A DNA stretch of 64,000 nt. Origin: Antedon mediterranea (Eukaryota; Animalia; Echinodermata). The notes beneath the pieces were generated by a model. It saw only the letters and a program-made list of their open reading frames with translations. It did not search any database and had not been told where the DNA came from. Shown here piece by piece: positions 42,222 to 54,025 of this stretch. Positions within the stretch are counted from its first letter, which is position 1; every line of letters starts with the position of its first letter. The DNA lies in contig NW_027306096.1 of the NCBI RefSeq assembly GCF_964355755.1, positions 1 to 64,000 on the forward strand, written 5' to 3'. The position numbers were made by a program, and so were the translations under genes.

Positions 42222-43695
42222 TTAGGTTATATGCATGATATGCATATAACCTCTTGATTCTGTCAAAATCTTTATTTATTTATTTATTTATTCTTTCCTT
42301 AGCACTATTTGTCCGTGAATTATCTTGGCATCAGTTTCATCTATCTAAGTCAATTTTTCACAGTATATTCCTTATGGCCAGGAATCGATGTGGTTATGTT
42401 TTCACGATGCGCAATCAAAAATTACGCGGTCTACGCGCGATTTAACGAAATCACGTTTGTAATCATATCTTCACCAACATGAATCACTTTTAAACAAAAT
42501 TTGGTAATCATAAATTTCAGGTCATATTTCATCATATGGCAATACAATTACGTGCGTAGCGCATATAACGCATGCGTACGCGCGCTTAAAATGTTGAAAA
42601 TTGTCAGAATTTATTTTCGATGAAATTAGAGTACGTTTCAGGCAATTTTAAGCGTTTAAAAAATTGCCATGAGTGCGCAGATTTTTGCACGCGCACTGCG
42701 CGTCAAACGTTAATGCGCACTGTTTGTGTCCGATTACTGTTGTATAACCTTTCTTTAATAATATCATCATATTTTATTCACTTTTCAACGCGAAACAGCG
42801 TTATACGAGCACGTCAAAAGTGACGGGCTACGCACGTGTAAGTTAACAAAATGGTGAAAATATGCTAAATTTTAAAATTAATATATATCGTTAGAATGCT
42901 CGGGAACACCTATTTTTTATTTAATTTTCTTGAAGTGTATGTATCATATGTATGATTTATTATGAAATTAGAAGAACAAAAGTTGATTAAGTCATCATTA
43001 ATGGCATATTAAATTTAACAAAATTAATTTCGACAATCAAACAAATTATAACATTTTCTTAGGCCAAAATAACAAACTTAACGTTAACTTTCTTCCTTAA
43101 GAAGTTCATATATTAAAGTTAAAAGTATATAGTTTGACAGTGCATCATTTTTTTAAATTTTTAAAGATGTCATCATAGTAAAACATTATAATTCATTGCG
43201 GTATGTAATAATCTATCTGCACCAAAGTGGTTACTGCATAGTAAATACACGGAGGAATTTTTCTCCAACTTTTAGTCAGTTGTGTATGGCTCGATGGTCT
43301 GTGCTCGTGTCAATGGCATTCAAGGTACCGAGTTCGAGTCTCACCTTGTTGGTAAACGAAATAAGATTTTTTTTTTATTATCCGTATTGTTCAAATTTAT
43401 TTCTTAGTGTATAGATTATACACATGATTTATAATGAAATCTAGATAAAAAGTTACTTTATGTCTTTATTATTATGTAACAACAAATGCGGTTTATGACA
43501 TTATACGCAGAGGGATCTTTGATCGGATTATGATACCGGCTATTGTATTTGCGTTAGCAAGATCCTATCATATATTATAAATAACTAAAGATTCTGAGAA
43601 AATCAATCAATCAAAATATCTTAAATCAATCAATCATCTTTATTTAAATCAATGCATATAACCTATAATTCGTCATAGTGACGAATTAAATCTAG
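42222..43695 (+). mobile_element. HINE-like copy 4, complete
   Basis: Head (gcatgatatgc) directly follows copy 2's CTAG; ends hairpin plus CTAG at 43692-43695. Confidence 0.85.
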
Positions 43696-45320
43696 TTTAT
43701 TTATTTATTCTTTCCTTAGCACTATTTTGTCCGTGAATTATCTTGATATCAGTTTCATCTATCTAAGTCAATTTTTCAGAGTATATTCCTTATGGCCAGG
43801 AATCGATGTGGTTATATTTTCACGATGCGTAATCAAAAATTACGCGGTCTACGCGCGATTTTACGAAATCACGTTTGTAATCATATCTTCACAAGCATGA
43901 ATCACAATTAAACAAAATTTGGTACTCATAAATTTCAGGTCATATTTCATCATATGGCAATACAATTACGTGCGTAGCGCATATAACGCTTGCGTACGCG
44001 CGCTTAAAATGTTCAAAATTGTCAAAATTTATTTTCGATGAAATTAGAGTACGTTTCAGGCAATTTTAAGCGTTTAAAAAATTGCCATGAGTGCGCAGAT
44101 TTTTGCACGCGCACTGCGCGTTATACGTTAATGCGCACTCTTTTTGTCCGATTTCGGTTGTACAACCTTTCTTTAATAATATCATCATATTTTATTCACT
44201 TTTCAACGCGTAATTGCCTTATACGAGCACGTCAAAAGTGACAGGCTACGCACGTGTAAGTTAACAAAATGGTGAAAATATGCTAAATTTTAAAATTAAT
44301 ATAGATCGTCAGAATGCTCGGGAACACATATTTTTTATTTCATTTTCTTGAAGTGTATGTATCTTATGTATGATTTATTATTAAACTAAGGGAACAAAAG
44401 TTGATTAAGCCATAATTAATTGCATATTAAATTAAAAAAAATTCATTTCGACAATCAAACAAATTATGACATTTTCTTAGGCCAAAATAACAAACTTAAC
44501 ATTAACTTTCTTCCTCCAAAAGTTCATATATTAAAGTTAAAAGTATATAGTTTGACAGTGCATCATTTTTGTACATTTTTAGAGATGTCATCATAGTAAA
44601 AAATTATAATTCATTGCGGTATGTAATAATCTATCTGCACCAAAGTGGTTACTGCATAGTAAATACACGGAGGAATTTTTCTACAATTTTTAGACAGTTG
44701 TGTATGGCTCGGGGGTGTGTGCTCGTGTCTATGGCACTCAAGGTACCGAGATCGAGTCTCACCTTGGGAAACGAAATAAGATTTTTTTTTTATTATCCGT
44801 ATTGTTTGTTCAAATTTATTTCTTAGTGTATATATTATACACATGATTTATAATGAAATCTAGATAAAAAATAACTTATGTCTTTATTATTATGTAACAG
44901 CAAATGTGGTTTATGACTTTATACGCAGAGGGATCTTTGATCGGATTGTGATACCGGCTATTGTATTCGCGTTAGCAAGGTCCTATCATATATTATAAAT
45001 AATTAAAGAATCTGAGAAAATCAATGAATCAAAATATCTTTTAAAAATCAATTATCTTTATTAAAATCAATGCATATAACCTATAATTCGTCATAGTGAC
45101 GAATTAAATCTAGTTATTATTGGTATTATACATGTATAATGGAGCTAGGCTGAATTCAAAGCTTCAATTCGTAGACGTTAATATAGAAAGTTAGCTTTTA
45201 GAAGTGTGTATATATTAATATATATATACATATATAAACACATTAGGCAAAGAACATTAATTCTAAACCGCCCGGTGATATACTGAAATTTAATTAATTA
45301 ATTTGAAACGGTAGAGATCA

Positions 45321-45388
45321 TACACATACATATATATATACATACACATATATACATATACACATACACATACATACACATACACATG
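45321..45388. repeat. Mixed (TA)/(CA)/(TACA) microsatellite
   Basis: Direct reading. Confidence 0.85.
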
Positions 45389-45683
45389 TAAAATAACATA
45401 CATTATTAAATTAATATATATAAATGAAATAAATAAGCAACAGTGTCCCTTAGTGAATATATCACACAGTAGGGAAAACTGGATACTCGAAGTTTTAATA
45501 TCTGATTACTAAGGCGAAAATGCTAGTCTGTTATCGGCCGACATACCATACCAATGTGTAATGTGGTTTGCGGTTACTATAGTGCCTGGCGGTTAAAGCA
45601 CGCCCGATTTCAGTATAAATCGTACTCTTGGGCCTGAACCTAATACAGTACTGTTAAAAGAGCTGTTATCACAACTTCCTACG

Positions 45684-46272
45684 AGAGGATTTATGTATGG
45701 GCCTTGTCGTCGACTAAAGCGAAAGTAACTGTGCGAGTCGTTATCGCACGACATATACAATTCATGTGCGAGTCATTCATCGCACGACGTATAAGAGGAT
45801 TTGTGTATGGGCCTTGTCTTCGACTAAGGCGAAAGTAAATGTGCGAGTCATTATCGCACGACATGTAAAATGAATGTGCGAGTCGTTAATCGCACGATAT
45901 ACAAAGAGGATTTATGTATGGGCCTTGTCTTCGACTAAGGCGAAAGTGAATGTGCGAGTCATTATCGCACGACATATAAAATTCATGTGCGAGTCGTTAA
46001 TCGCACGACATACAAGAGGATTTATGTATGGGCCTTGTCTTCGACTAAGGCGAAGGTAAATGTGCGAGTCGTTATCGAACGACATATAAAATTCATGTGC
46101 GAGTCGTTATCGCACGACATATACAATTCATGTGCGGGTCATTCATCGCACGACATATAAGAGGATTTATGTATGGTCTTGTCTTCGACTAAGGCAAAGG
46201 TAACTGTGCGAGTCGTTATCGCACGACATATACAATTCATGTGCGAGTCATTCATCGCACGACATATAAGAG
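45684..46272. repeat. ~110-bp tandem repeat (5 units) built from hairpin sub-repeats
   Basis: Units start at agagga (~45684, 45794, 45905, 46015, 46160). Each has gcctt-gtc-ttc-gac-t-aaggc and two or three GTGCGA-N7/8-TCGCAC dyads. Confidence 0.93.
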
Positions 46273-46294
46273 AGTAATTGTGTAAAGTATACAG

Positions 46295-46296
<2 letters not shown>

Positions 46297-46349
<53 letters not shown>
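46297..46349. repeat. (AT)n microsatellite
   Basis: Perfect AT dinucleotide run of about 50 bp. Confidence 0.97.
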
Positions 46350-46353
<4 letters not shown>

Positions 46354-46770
46354 TATACAATGATATTATGTATAAAGTCGAAAAAACGTGTGGTAAATCA
46401 CAATGGCGAGCGAACATTAGTACAGTTGGCCCTCGTGTAAAATGGAATCCTACCAGTAGCCTGGACACACCCTAAAATTCACTCATGTTACCACATACAG
46501 TACATAGGTAAGACCTTCCATAATGGAAGGGCTGTATTTGTAGTCGTGGAAATTATGAGTAACTGAGTTGTGTCGCATAAGGTGCCGAATTGTTAGAAAA
46601 CTTACTTGTAAAAAAGTTGTCGTATTAGGATGGAAATCGGTGATGGAAAAATAAGAAAATTTTCTTTAACTTAATGTGATCGTGTTAACAGAGAGCGTGC
46701 TTGATTAAAGAGGTCGAAAACCCGCCCTCTCCGTTCTCAAAATAGAATTGTGTTCCTAACCCAATTCTTA

Positions 46771-49700
46771 ATTATCGTATTTGGAGACGATTTTGACCAT
46801 TTTGTGTTTTTCGATGAAACTTTTCACACAAAACCATCAAAGTGCACAAAATAGCTTCAGATCCCATTTGGAGACGTTTTAGACAATTTTGTGCATTTCG
46901 ATGAAACTTTTCACACAAAAACATCAAAGTGCACAAAATAGCTTCAAATCGCATTTGGAGACGTTTTAGACCATTTTGTGCATTTCGATGAAACTTTTCA
47001 CACAAAAACAACAAAGTGCATACAATAGCTTAATATCGTATTTGGAGACGTTTTAGACAATTTTGTGCGTTTCGATGAAACTTTTTACAAAAAACAACAA
47101 AGTGCACAAAATAGCTTCAAATCGCATTTGGAGACGTTTTAGACCATGTTGTGCATTTCGAAAAAACTTGATTACACAAAAATATCAAAGTGCTTAAAAT
47201 CGCATTTGAAACCGTTTTAGACCATTTTCAGCATTTCGATAAAACTTTTCACACAAAACATTAAAGTGCACAAAATAGCAAACTTTTTACACAAAACATC
47301 AAAGTGCACAAAAGAGCTCCAAATCGCATTTGGAGACGTTTTAGACCATTTTGTGCATTTCGAAAAAACTTTTCACTCAAAAACATCAAAGTGCATACAA
47401 TAGCTTAATATCGTATTTGGAGACGTTTTAGACAATTTTGTGCATTTCGATGAAACTTTTCACACAAAAACATCAAAGTGCACAAAATAGCTTCAAATCG
47501 CATTTTGAGAGGTTTTAGACAATTTTGTACATTTCGATGAAACTGGATTACACAAAACATCAAAGTGCACAAAATAGCTTCAAATCGCATTTGCAGACGT
47601 TTTAGACCATTTTGTGCATTTCGATAAAACTTTTCACTCAAAAACATCAAAATACATACAATAGCTTAATATCGTATTTGGAGACGTTTTAGAACATTTT
47701 GTGCATTTCGATGAAACTTTTCACACAAAAACATCAAAGTGAACAAAATAGCTTCAAATCGTATTTGGAGACGTTTTAGACAATTTTGTGCATTTCGATG
47801 AAAATTTTCACACAAAACAACAAAGTGCACAAAATAGCTTCAAATCGCATTTGGAGACGTTTTAGACCATTTTGTGCATTTCGATGAAACTTGGTTAAAC
47901 AAAAATATCAAAGTGCTTAAAATCACATTTGAAACCGTTTTAGACCATTTTGTGCATTTCTATAAAACTTTTTACACAAAACATCAAAGTGCACAAAAGA
48001 GCTTCAAATCGTATTTGGAGACGTTTTAGACCATTTTGTGCATTTCGAAAAAACTTGTTAACATAAAAACATCAAAGTGCTTAGATTAGCTTCAAAACGG
48101 ATTTGGAGACGTTTTAGACCATTTTGTGCATTTTGGTTAAACTTTTCACACAAAACATCAAAGTGCACAATATAGCTTCAAATCGCATTTGGAGACGTTT
48201 TAGACCATTTTGTGCGTTTCATTACACAAAACATCAAGGTGCACAAAATAGCTTCAAATCGCATTTGGAGACGTTTTAGACCATTTTGTGCATTTTGGTG
48301 AAACTTTTCACACAAAAACATCAATGTGCATACAAAAGCTTATTATCGTATTTTGAAACGTTTTAGACCAATTTGTGCATTTCGAAAAAACTTTTCACAC
48401 AAAAACATCAAAGTGTATACAATAGCTTAATATCGTATTTGGAGACGTTTTAGACAATTTTGTGCATTTCGATGAAACTTTTCACACAAAAACATCAAAG
48501 TGCACAAAATAGCTTCAAATCGCATTTTGAGAGGTTTTAGACAATTTTGTACATTTCGATGAAACTGGATTACACAAAACATCAAAGTGCACAAAATAGC
48601 TTCAAATCGCATTTGCAGACGTTTTAGACCATTTTGTGGATTTCGATAAAACTTTTCACACAAAAACATCAAAATACATACAATAGCTTAATATCGTATT
48701 TGGAGACGTTTTAGAACATTTTGTCCATTTCGATGAAACTTTTCACACAAAAACATCAATGTGCACAAAATAGCTTCAAATCGCATTGAGAGACGTTTTA
48801 GACCATTTTGTGCATTTCGATGAAACTTTTCACACAAAAACATCAAAGTGAACAAAATAGCTTCAAATCGTATTTGGAGACGTTTTAGACAATTTTGTGC
48901 ATTTAGATGAAAATTTTCACACAAAACAACAAAGTGCACAAAATAGCTTCAAATCGCATTTGGAGACGTTTTAGACAATTTTGTGCATTTCGAAAAAACT
49001 TGTTAACATAAAAACATCAAAGTGCACAAAATAGCTTCAAATCGCATTTGGAGACGTTTTAGACCATGTTGTGCATTTCCAAAAAACTTGATTACACAAA
49101 AATATCAAAGTGCTTAAAATCACATTTGAAACCGTTTTAGACCATTTTGAGCATTTCAATAAAACTTTTCACACAAAACATTAAAGTGCTTAAAATCACA
49201 TTTGAAAACGTTTTAGACCATTTCGAGCATTTCTATAAAACTTTTGACACAAAACATCAAAGTGCACAAAAGAGCTCCAAATCGCATTTGGAGACGTTTT
49301 AGACCATTTTGTGCGTTTCATTACACAAAAAATCAAAGTGCACAAAATAGCTTCAAATCGCATTTGGAGACGTTTTAGACCATGTTGTGCATTTCGAAGA
49401 AAACTTGATTACACAAAAATATCAAAGTTCTTAAAATCACATTTGAGACCGTTTTAGACCATTTTGAGCATTTCCATAAAACTTTTCACACAAAAACATC
49501 AAGATACATACAATAGCTTAATATCGTATTTGGAGACGTTTTAGAACTTTTTGTGCATTTCGATGAAACTTTTCAAACAAAACATCAAAGTGCAGAAAAT
49601 AGCTTCAAATCGTATTTGGAGACGTTTTAGACCATTTTGTGCATTTCGATCAAACTTTTCACACAAAAACATCAATGTGCACAAAATAGCTTCAAATCGC

Positions 49701-52700
49701 ATTTAGAGACGTTTTAGACCATTTTGTGCATTTCGATGAAACTTTTCACACAAAAACATCAAAGTGCACAAAATAGCTTCAAATCGCATTTGGAGACGTT
49801 TTAGACCATTTTGAGCATTTCGATGAAACTTTTCACACAAAAACAACAAAGTGCATACAATAGCTTAATATCGTATTTGGAGACGTTTTAGACCATTTTG
49901 TGCATTTCGATGAAACTTTTCACACAAAAACATCAAAGTGCACAAAATGGCTTCAAATCGCATTTGGAGACGTTTTAGACCAATTTGAGCATTTCGATGA
50001 AACTTTTCACACAAAAACAACAAAGTGCATACAATAGCTTAATATCGTATTTGGAGACGTTTTAGACCATTTTGTGCGTTTCGATGAAACTCTTCACAAA
50101 AAAACAACTAAGTGCACAAAATAGCTTCAAATCGTATTTGGAGAAGTTTTAGACCATTTTGTGCGTTTCATTACACAAAACATTTTGAGCATTTCGATGA
50201 AACTTTTCACACAAAACAACAAAGTGCACAAAATAGCTTCAAATCGCATTTGGAGAAGTTTTAGACCATTTTGTGCGTTTCATTACACAAAACATCAAAG
50301 TGCACAAAATAGCTTCAAATCGCATTTGGAGACGTTTTAGACCATGTTGTGCATTTCGAAAAAACTTGATTACACAAAAATATCAAAGTGCTTAAAATCA
50401 CATTTGAAACCGTTTTAGACCATTTTGAGCATTTCGATAAAACTTTTCACACAAAACATTAAAGTGCACAAAATAGCTTCAAATCGCATTTTGAAAGGTT
50501 TTAGACAATTTTGTACCTTTCAATGAAACTGGAATACACAAAACATCAAAGTGCACAAAATAGCTTCAAATCGCATTTGCAGACGTTTTAGACCATTTTG
50601 TGCATTTCGATGAAACTTGATTACACAAAAACATCAAAGTGCTTAAAATCCCATTTGAAACCGTTTTAGACCATTTTGAGCATTTCGATAAAACTTTTCA
50701 CACAAAACATCAAAGTGCACAAAATAACTTCAAATCGCATTTAGAGACGTTTTAGACCATTTTGTGCATTTCGTGAAAACTTTTGAGACAAAAACAACAA
50801 AGTGCATATAATAGCTTAATATCATATTTGGAGACGTTTTAGACCATTTTGTGCATTTCGATGAAACTTTTCACACAAAAACATCAAAGTGCACAAAATA
50901 GCTTCAAATCGTATTTGGAGATGTTTTAGACAATTTTGTGCATTTCGATGAAACTTTTCACACAAAACAACAAAGTGCACAAAATAACTTCAAATCGCAT
51001 TTAGAGACGTTTTAGACCATTTTGTGCATTTCGCGTAAACTTTTGAGACAAAAACAACAAAGTGCATATAATAGCTTAATATCATATTTGGAGACGTTTT
51101 AGACCATTTTGTGGATTTCGATGAAACTTTTCACACAAAAACATCAAAGTGCACAAAATAGCTTCAAATCGTATTTAGAGACGTTTTAGACAATTTTGTG
51201 CATTTCGATGAAACTTTTCACACAAAACATCAAAGTACACAACATAGCTTCAAATCGCATTTGGAGACGTTTTAGACCATTTTGTGCATTTCGATGAAAC
51301 TTTTCACACAAAACATAAAAGTGCACAAAATAGCTTCAAATCGCATTTGGAGACGTTTTAGACAATTTTGTGCATTTCGATGAAACTGGATTACACAAAA
51401 GTATCAAAGTGCTTAAAATCACATTTGAGACCGTTTTAGACCATTTTGAGCATTTCCATAAAACTTTTCAGACAAAAACATCAAAATACATAAAATAGCT
51501 TAATATCGTATTTGTAGACGTTTTAGAACATTTTGTGCATTCCGATGAAACTTTTCAAACAAAACATCAAAGTGCAGAAAATAGCTTCAAATCGTATTTG
51601 GAGACGTTTTAGACCATTTTGTGCATTTCGATCAAACTTTTCACACAAAAACATCAATGTGCACAAAATAGCTTCAAATCGCATTTAGAGACGTTTTAGA
51701 CCATTTTGTGCATTTCGATGAAACTTTTCACACAAAAACATCAAAGTGCACAAAATAGCTTCAAATCGAATTTGGAGACGTTTTAAACCATTTTGAGCAT
51801 TTCGATGAAACTTTTCACACAAAAACAACAAAGTGCCTACAATAGCTTAATATCGTATTTGGAGACGTTTTAGACAATTTTGTGCGTTTCGATGAAACTT
51901 TTCACAAAAAAACAACAAAGTGCACAAAATAGCTTCAAATCGCATTTGGAGACGTTTTAGACCATGTTGTGCATTTCGAAAAAACTTGATTACACAAAAA
52001 TATCAAAGTGCTTAAAATCACATTTGAAACCGTTTTAGACCATGTTGAGCATTTCGATAAAACTTTTCACACAAAACATTAAAGTGCTTAAAATCACATT
52101 TGAAACCGTTTTAGACCATTTCGAGCATTTCTATAAAACTTTTTACACAAAACATCAAAGTGCACAAAAGAGCTCCAAATCGCATTTGGAGACGTTTTAG
52201 ACCATTTTGTGTATTTCGAAAAAACTTTTCACACAAAAACATCAAAGTGCATAAAATAGCTTAATATCGTATTTGGAGACGTTTTAGACCATTTTGTGCG
52301 TTTCATTACACAAAACATCAAAGTGCACAAAATAGCTTCAAATCGCATTTGGAGACGTTTTAGACCATTTTGTGCATTTCAATGAGACTTTTCACACAAA
52401 AACATCAATTGGCATACAAAAGCTTATTATCGTATTTGGAGACGTTTTTGATCATTTTGTGCATTTCGATGAAACTTTTCACACAAACCATCAAAGTACA
52501 CAAAATAGCTTCAAATCGCATTTGGAGACGTTTTAGACCATTTTGTGCATTTCGATGAAACTTGATTACACAAATATATCAAAGTGCTTAAAATCACATT
52601 TGAAACCGTTTTAGAACATTTCGAGCATTTCTATAAAACTTTTTACACAAAACATCAAAGTGCACAAAAGAGCTCCAAATCGCATTTGGAGACGTTTTAG

Positions 52701-53413
52701 ACCATTTTGTGCATTTCGAAAAAACTTTTCACCGAAAAACATCAAAGTGCATACAATAGCTTAATATCGTATTTTGAGACGTTTTAGACCATGTTGTGCA
52801 TTTAGATGAAACTTTTCACACAAAACATCAAAGTGCACAAAATAGCTTCAAATCGCATTTGGAGACGTTTTAGACCATTTTGTGCATTTCGATCAAACTT
52901 TTCACACAAAAACATCAATGTGCACAAAATAGCTTCAAATCGCATTTAGAGACGTTTTAGACCATTTTGTGCATTTCGATGAAACTTTTCACACAAAAAC
53001 ATCAAAGTGCACAAAATAGCTTTAAATCGCATTTGGAGACGTTTTAGACCATTTTGAGCATTTCGATGAAACTTTTCATACAAAAAAAAAAAGTGCATAC
53101 AATAGCTTAATATCGTATTTGGAGACGTTTTAGACAATTTTGTGCGTTTCGATGAAACTTTTCACAAAAAAAAAAAAAAGTGCACAAAATAGCTTCAAAT
53201 CGCATTTGGAGACGTTTTAGGCCATGTTGTGCATTTCAAAAAAACTTGATTACACAAAAATATCAAAGTGCTTAAAATCACATTTGAAACCGTTTTAGAC
53301 CATTTTGAGCATTTCGATAAAACTTTTCACACAAAACATCAAAGTGCACAAAATAACTTCAAATCGTATTTGGAGACGTTTTAGACCATTTTGTGTATTT
53401 CGAAAAAACTTGA
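46771..53413 (-). repeat. Satellite array, reverse orientation (segment 3)
   Basis: Resumes in register after the YR element; ends at ...aaaaaacttga where the LTR begins. Confidence 0.98.
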
Positions 53414-53999
53414 TGTAATATAATGTTGCGTTGTTGAGGTACTAATGAAGACTCTTACTCGCTTGACTGTCGTAACACATATATTGTTTATTCAGTATAA
53501 TACTTCAGTACAATATACAACTATAAGTATAGATAAGGAACAGAGAATACAGTGATGCTGTCTGTGAGGTGTGAAGTGTGTAGGTCTGCTTCTGAAGAAG
53601 TGGCTGTGAGGTGTGTCTGGGCCCTTCTGAAACTTGGGAGTATATTGGCCCTCGGTTCATTTACATATGTCACTACGTAATCTTAGAGGTTACTGATTGG
53701 TCCTAAGTTGGTCCAGGGGTGTTTAAGTGGGAGTGATTAACGGTATAATAAGGTATTTCTGTGATGGATAACACTGTCAAATCTGTACTTAAATAGTGTC
53801 GATCACTCCTGGTTTAACGATGGGAAAAGTCACAAAATTAAGCTAAGTGTTTTCTTTAGGGATTCTATTATAAACTAAATGGTCATTAAAACATCTGGAC
53901 AAACTCTCCTCTGGACTTTCTGGGTCAAGTTTGTGAACCTATTTGAATTCCGATACAAAGGTCGATTTCTTAAATATAAAAGTATATCGTTATATTACA
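53414..53999 (-). repeat. 3' LTR (586 bp)
   Basis: TG...CA ends with a 10-bp inverted repeat (tgtaatataa / ttatattaca); the first 202 bp match 63799-64000. Confidence 0.95.
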
Positions 54000-54025
54000 T
54001 CCCTCTGTTTCCCTTTTTTTTTTCT
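54000..54025 (-). other. Polypurine tract (plus-strand primer)
   Basis: Minus strand reads AGA-poly(A)-GGGAAACAGAGGGA immediately before the 3' LTR. Confidence 0.88.

Larger units (their letters stand above)
39231..45113 (+). mobile_element. Nest of four non-autonomous Helentron/HINE-like elements (outermost copy: head 39231-39284, body 43696-45113)
   Basis: Each copy has a 5' palindrome aggttatatgcat...atgcatataacct, a (TTTA)n tract, a 3' subterminal atgcatataacct, the hairpin aattcgtca-tag-tgacgaatt and terminal CTAG. TT flanks, no coding capacity. Confidence 0.85.
36258..46770 (-). mobile_element. Tyrosine-recombinase element (DIRS/PAT-like), RT-deleted, inserted at an ATT triplet
   Basis: The satellite monomer ...aaagctt-ATT-atcgtatttgg is split, with ATT at 36255-36257 and at 46771-46773. 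Contains gag-like ORFs, an RNase H remnant and a YR ORF, all on the - strand. Confidence 0.85.

Noticed and set aside
39734-44844. Repeated short ORFs (MKLEYVSG..., MCIIYTLR...) as genes
   Set aside because: They recur only because the element is repeated; no motifs, and broken in some copies.
39231-45113. Simple 1.45-kb tandem repeat or rDNA/histone-type unit
   Set aside because: Head/body arrangement is nested, and no rRNA, snRNA or histone sequence is recognisable.
45500-46200. Hammerhead ribozymes (stem followed by GAAA)
   Set aside because: No CUGANGA core upstream of the stems on the strand carrying GAAA.
46139-46475. ORFs with IYIYIY runs
   Set aside because: Translation of the (AT)n microsatellite.
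239-53137. Many MRFEAILCTL.../HQSAQNSFKSHLETF ORFs as a repeat-protein family
   Set aside because: Artefact of an 87-bp (3x29) monomer; frames break at frequent indels and stops, and appear on both strands.
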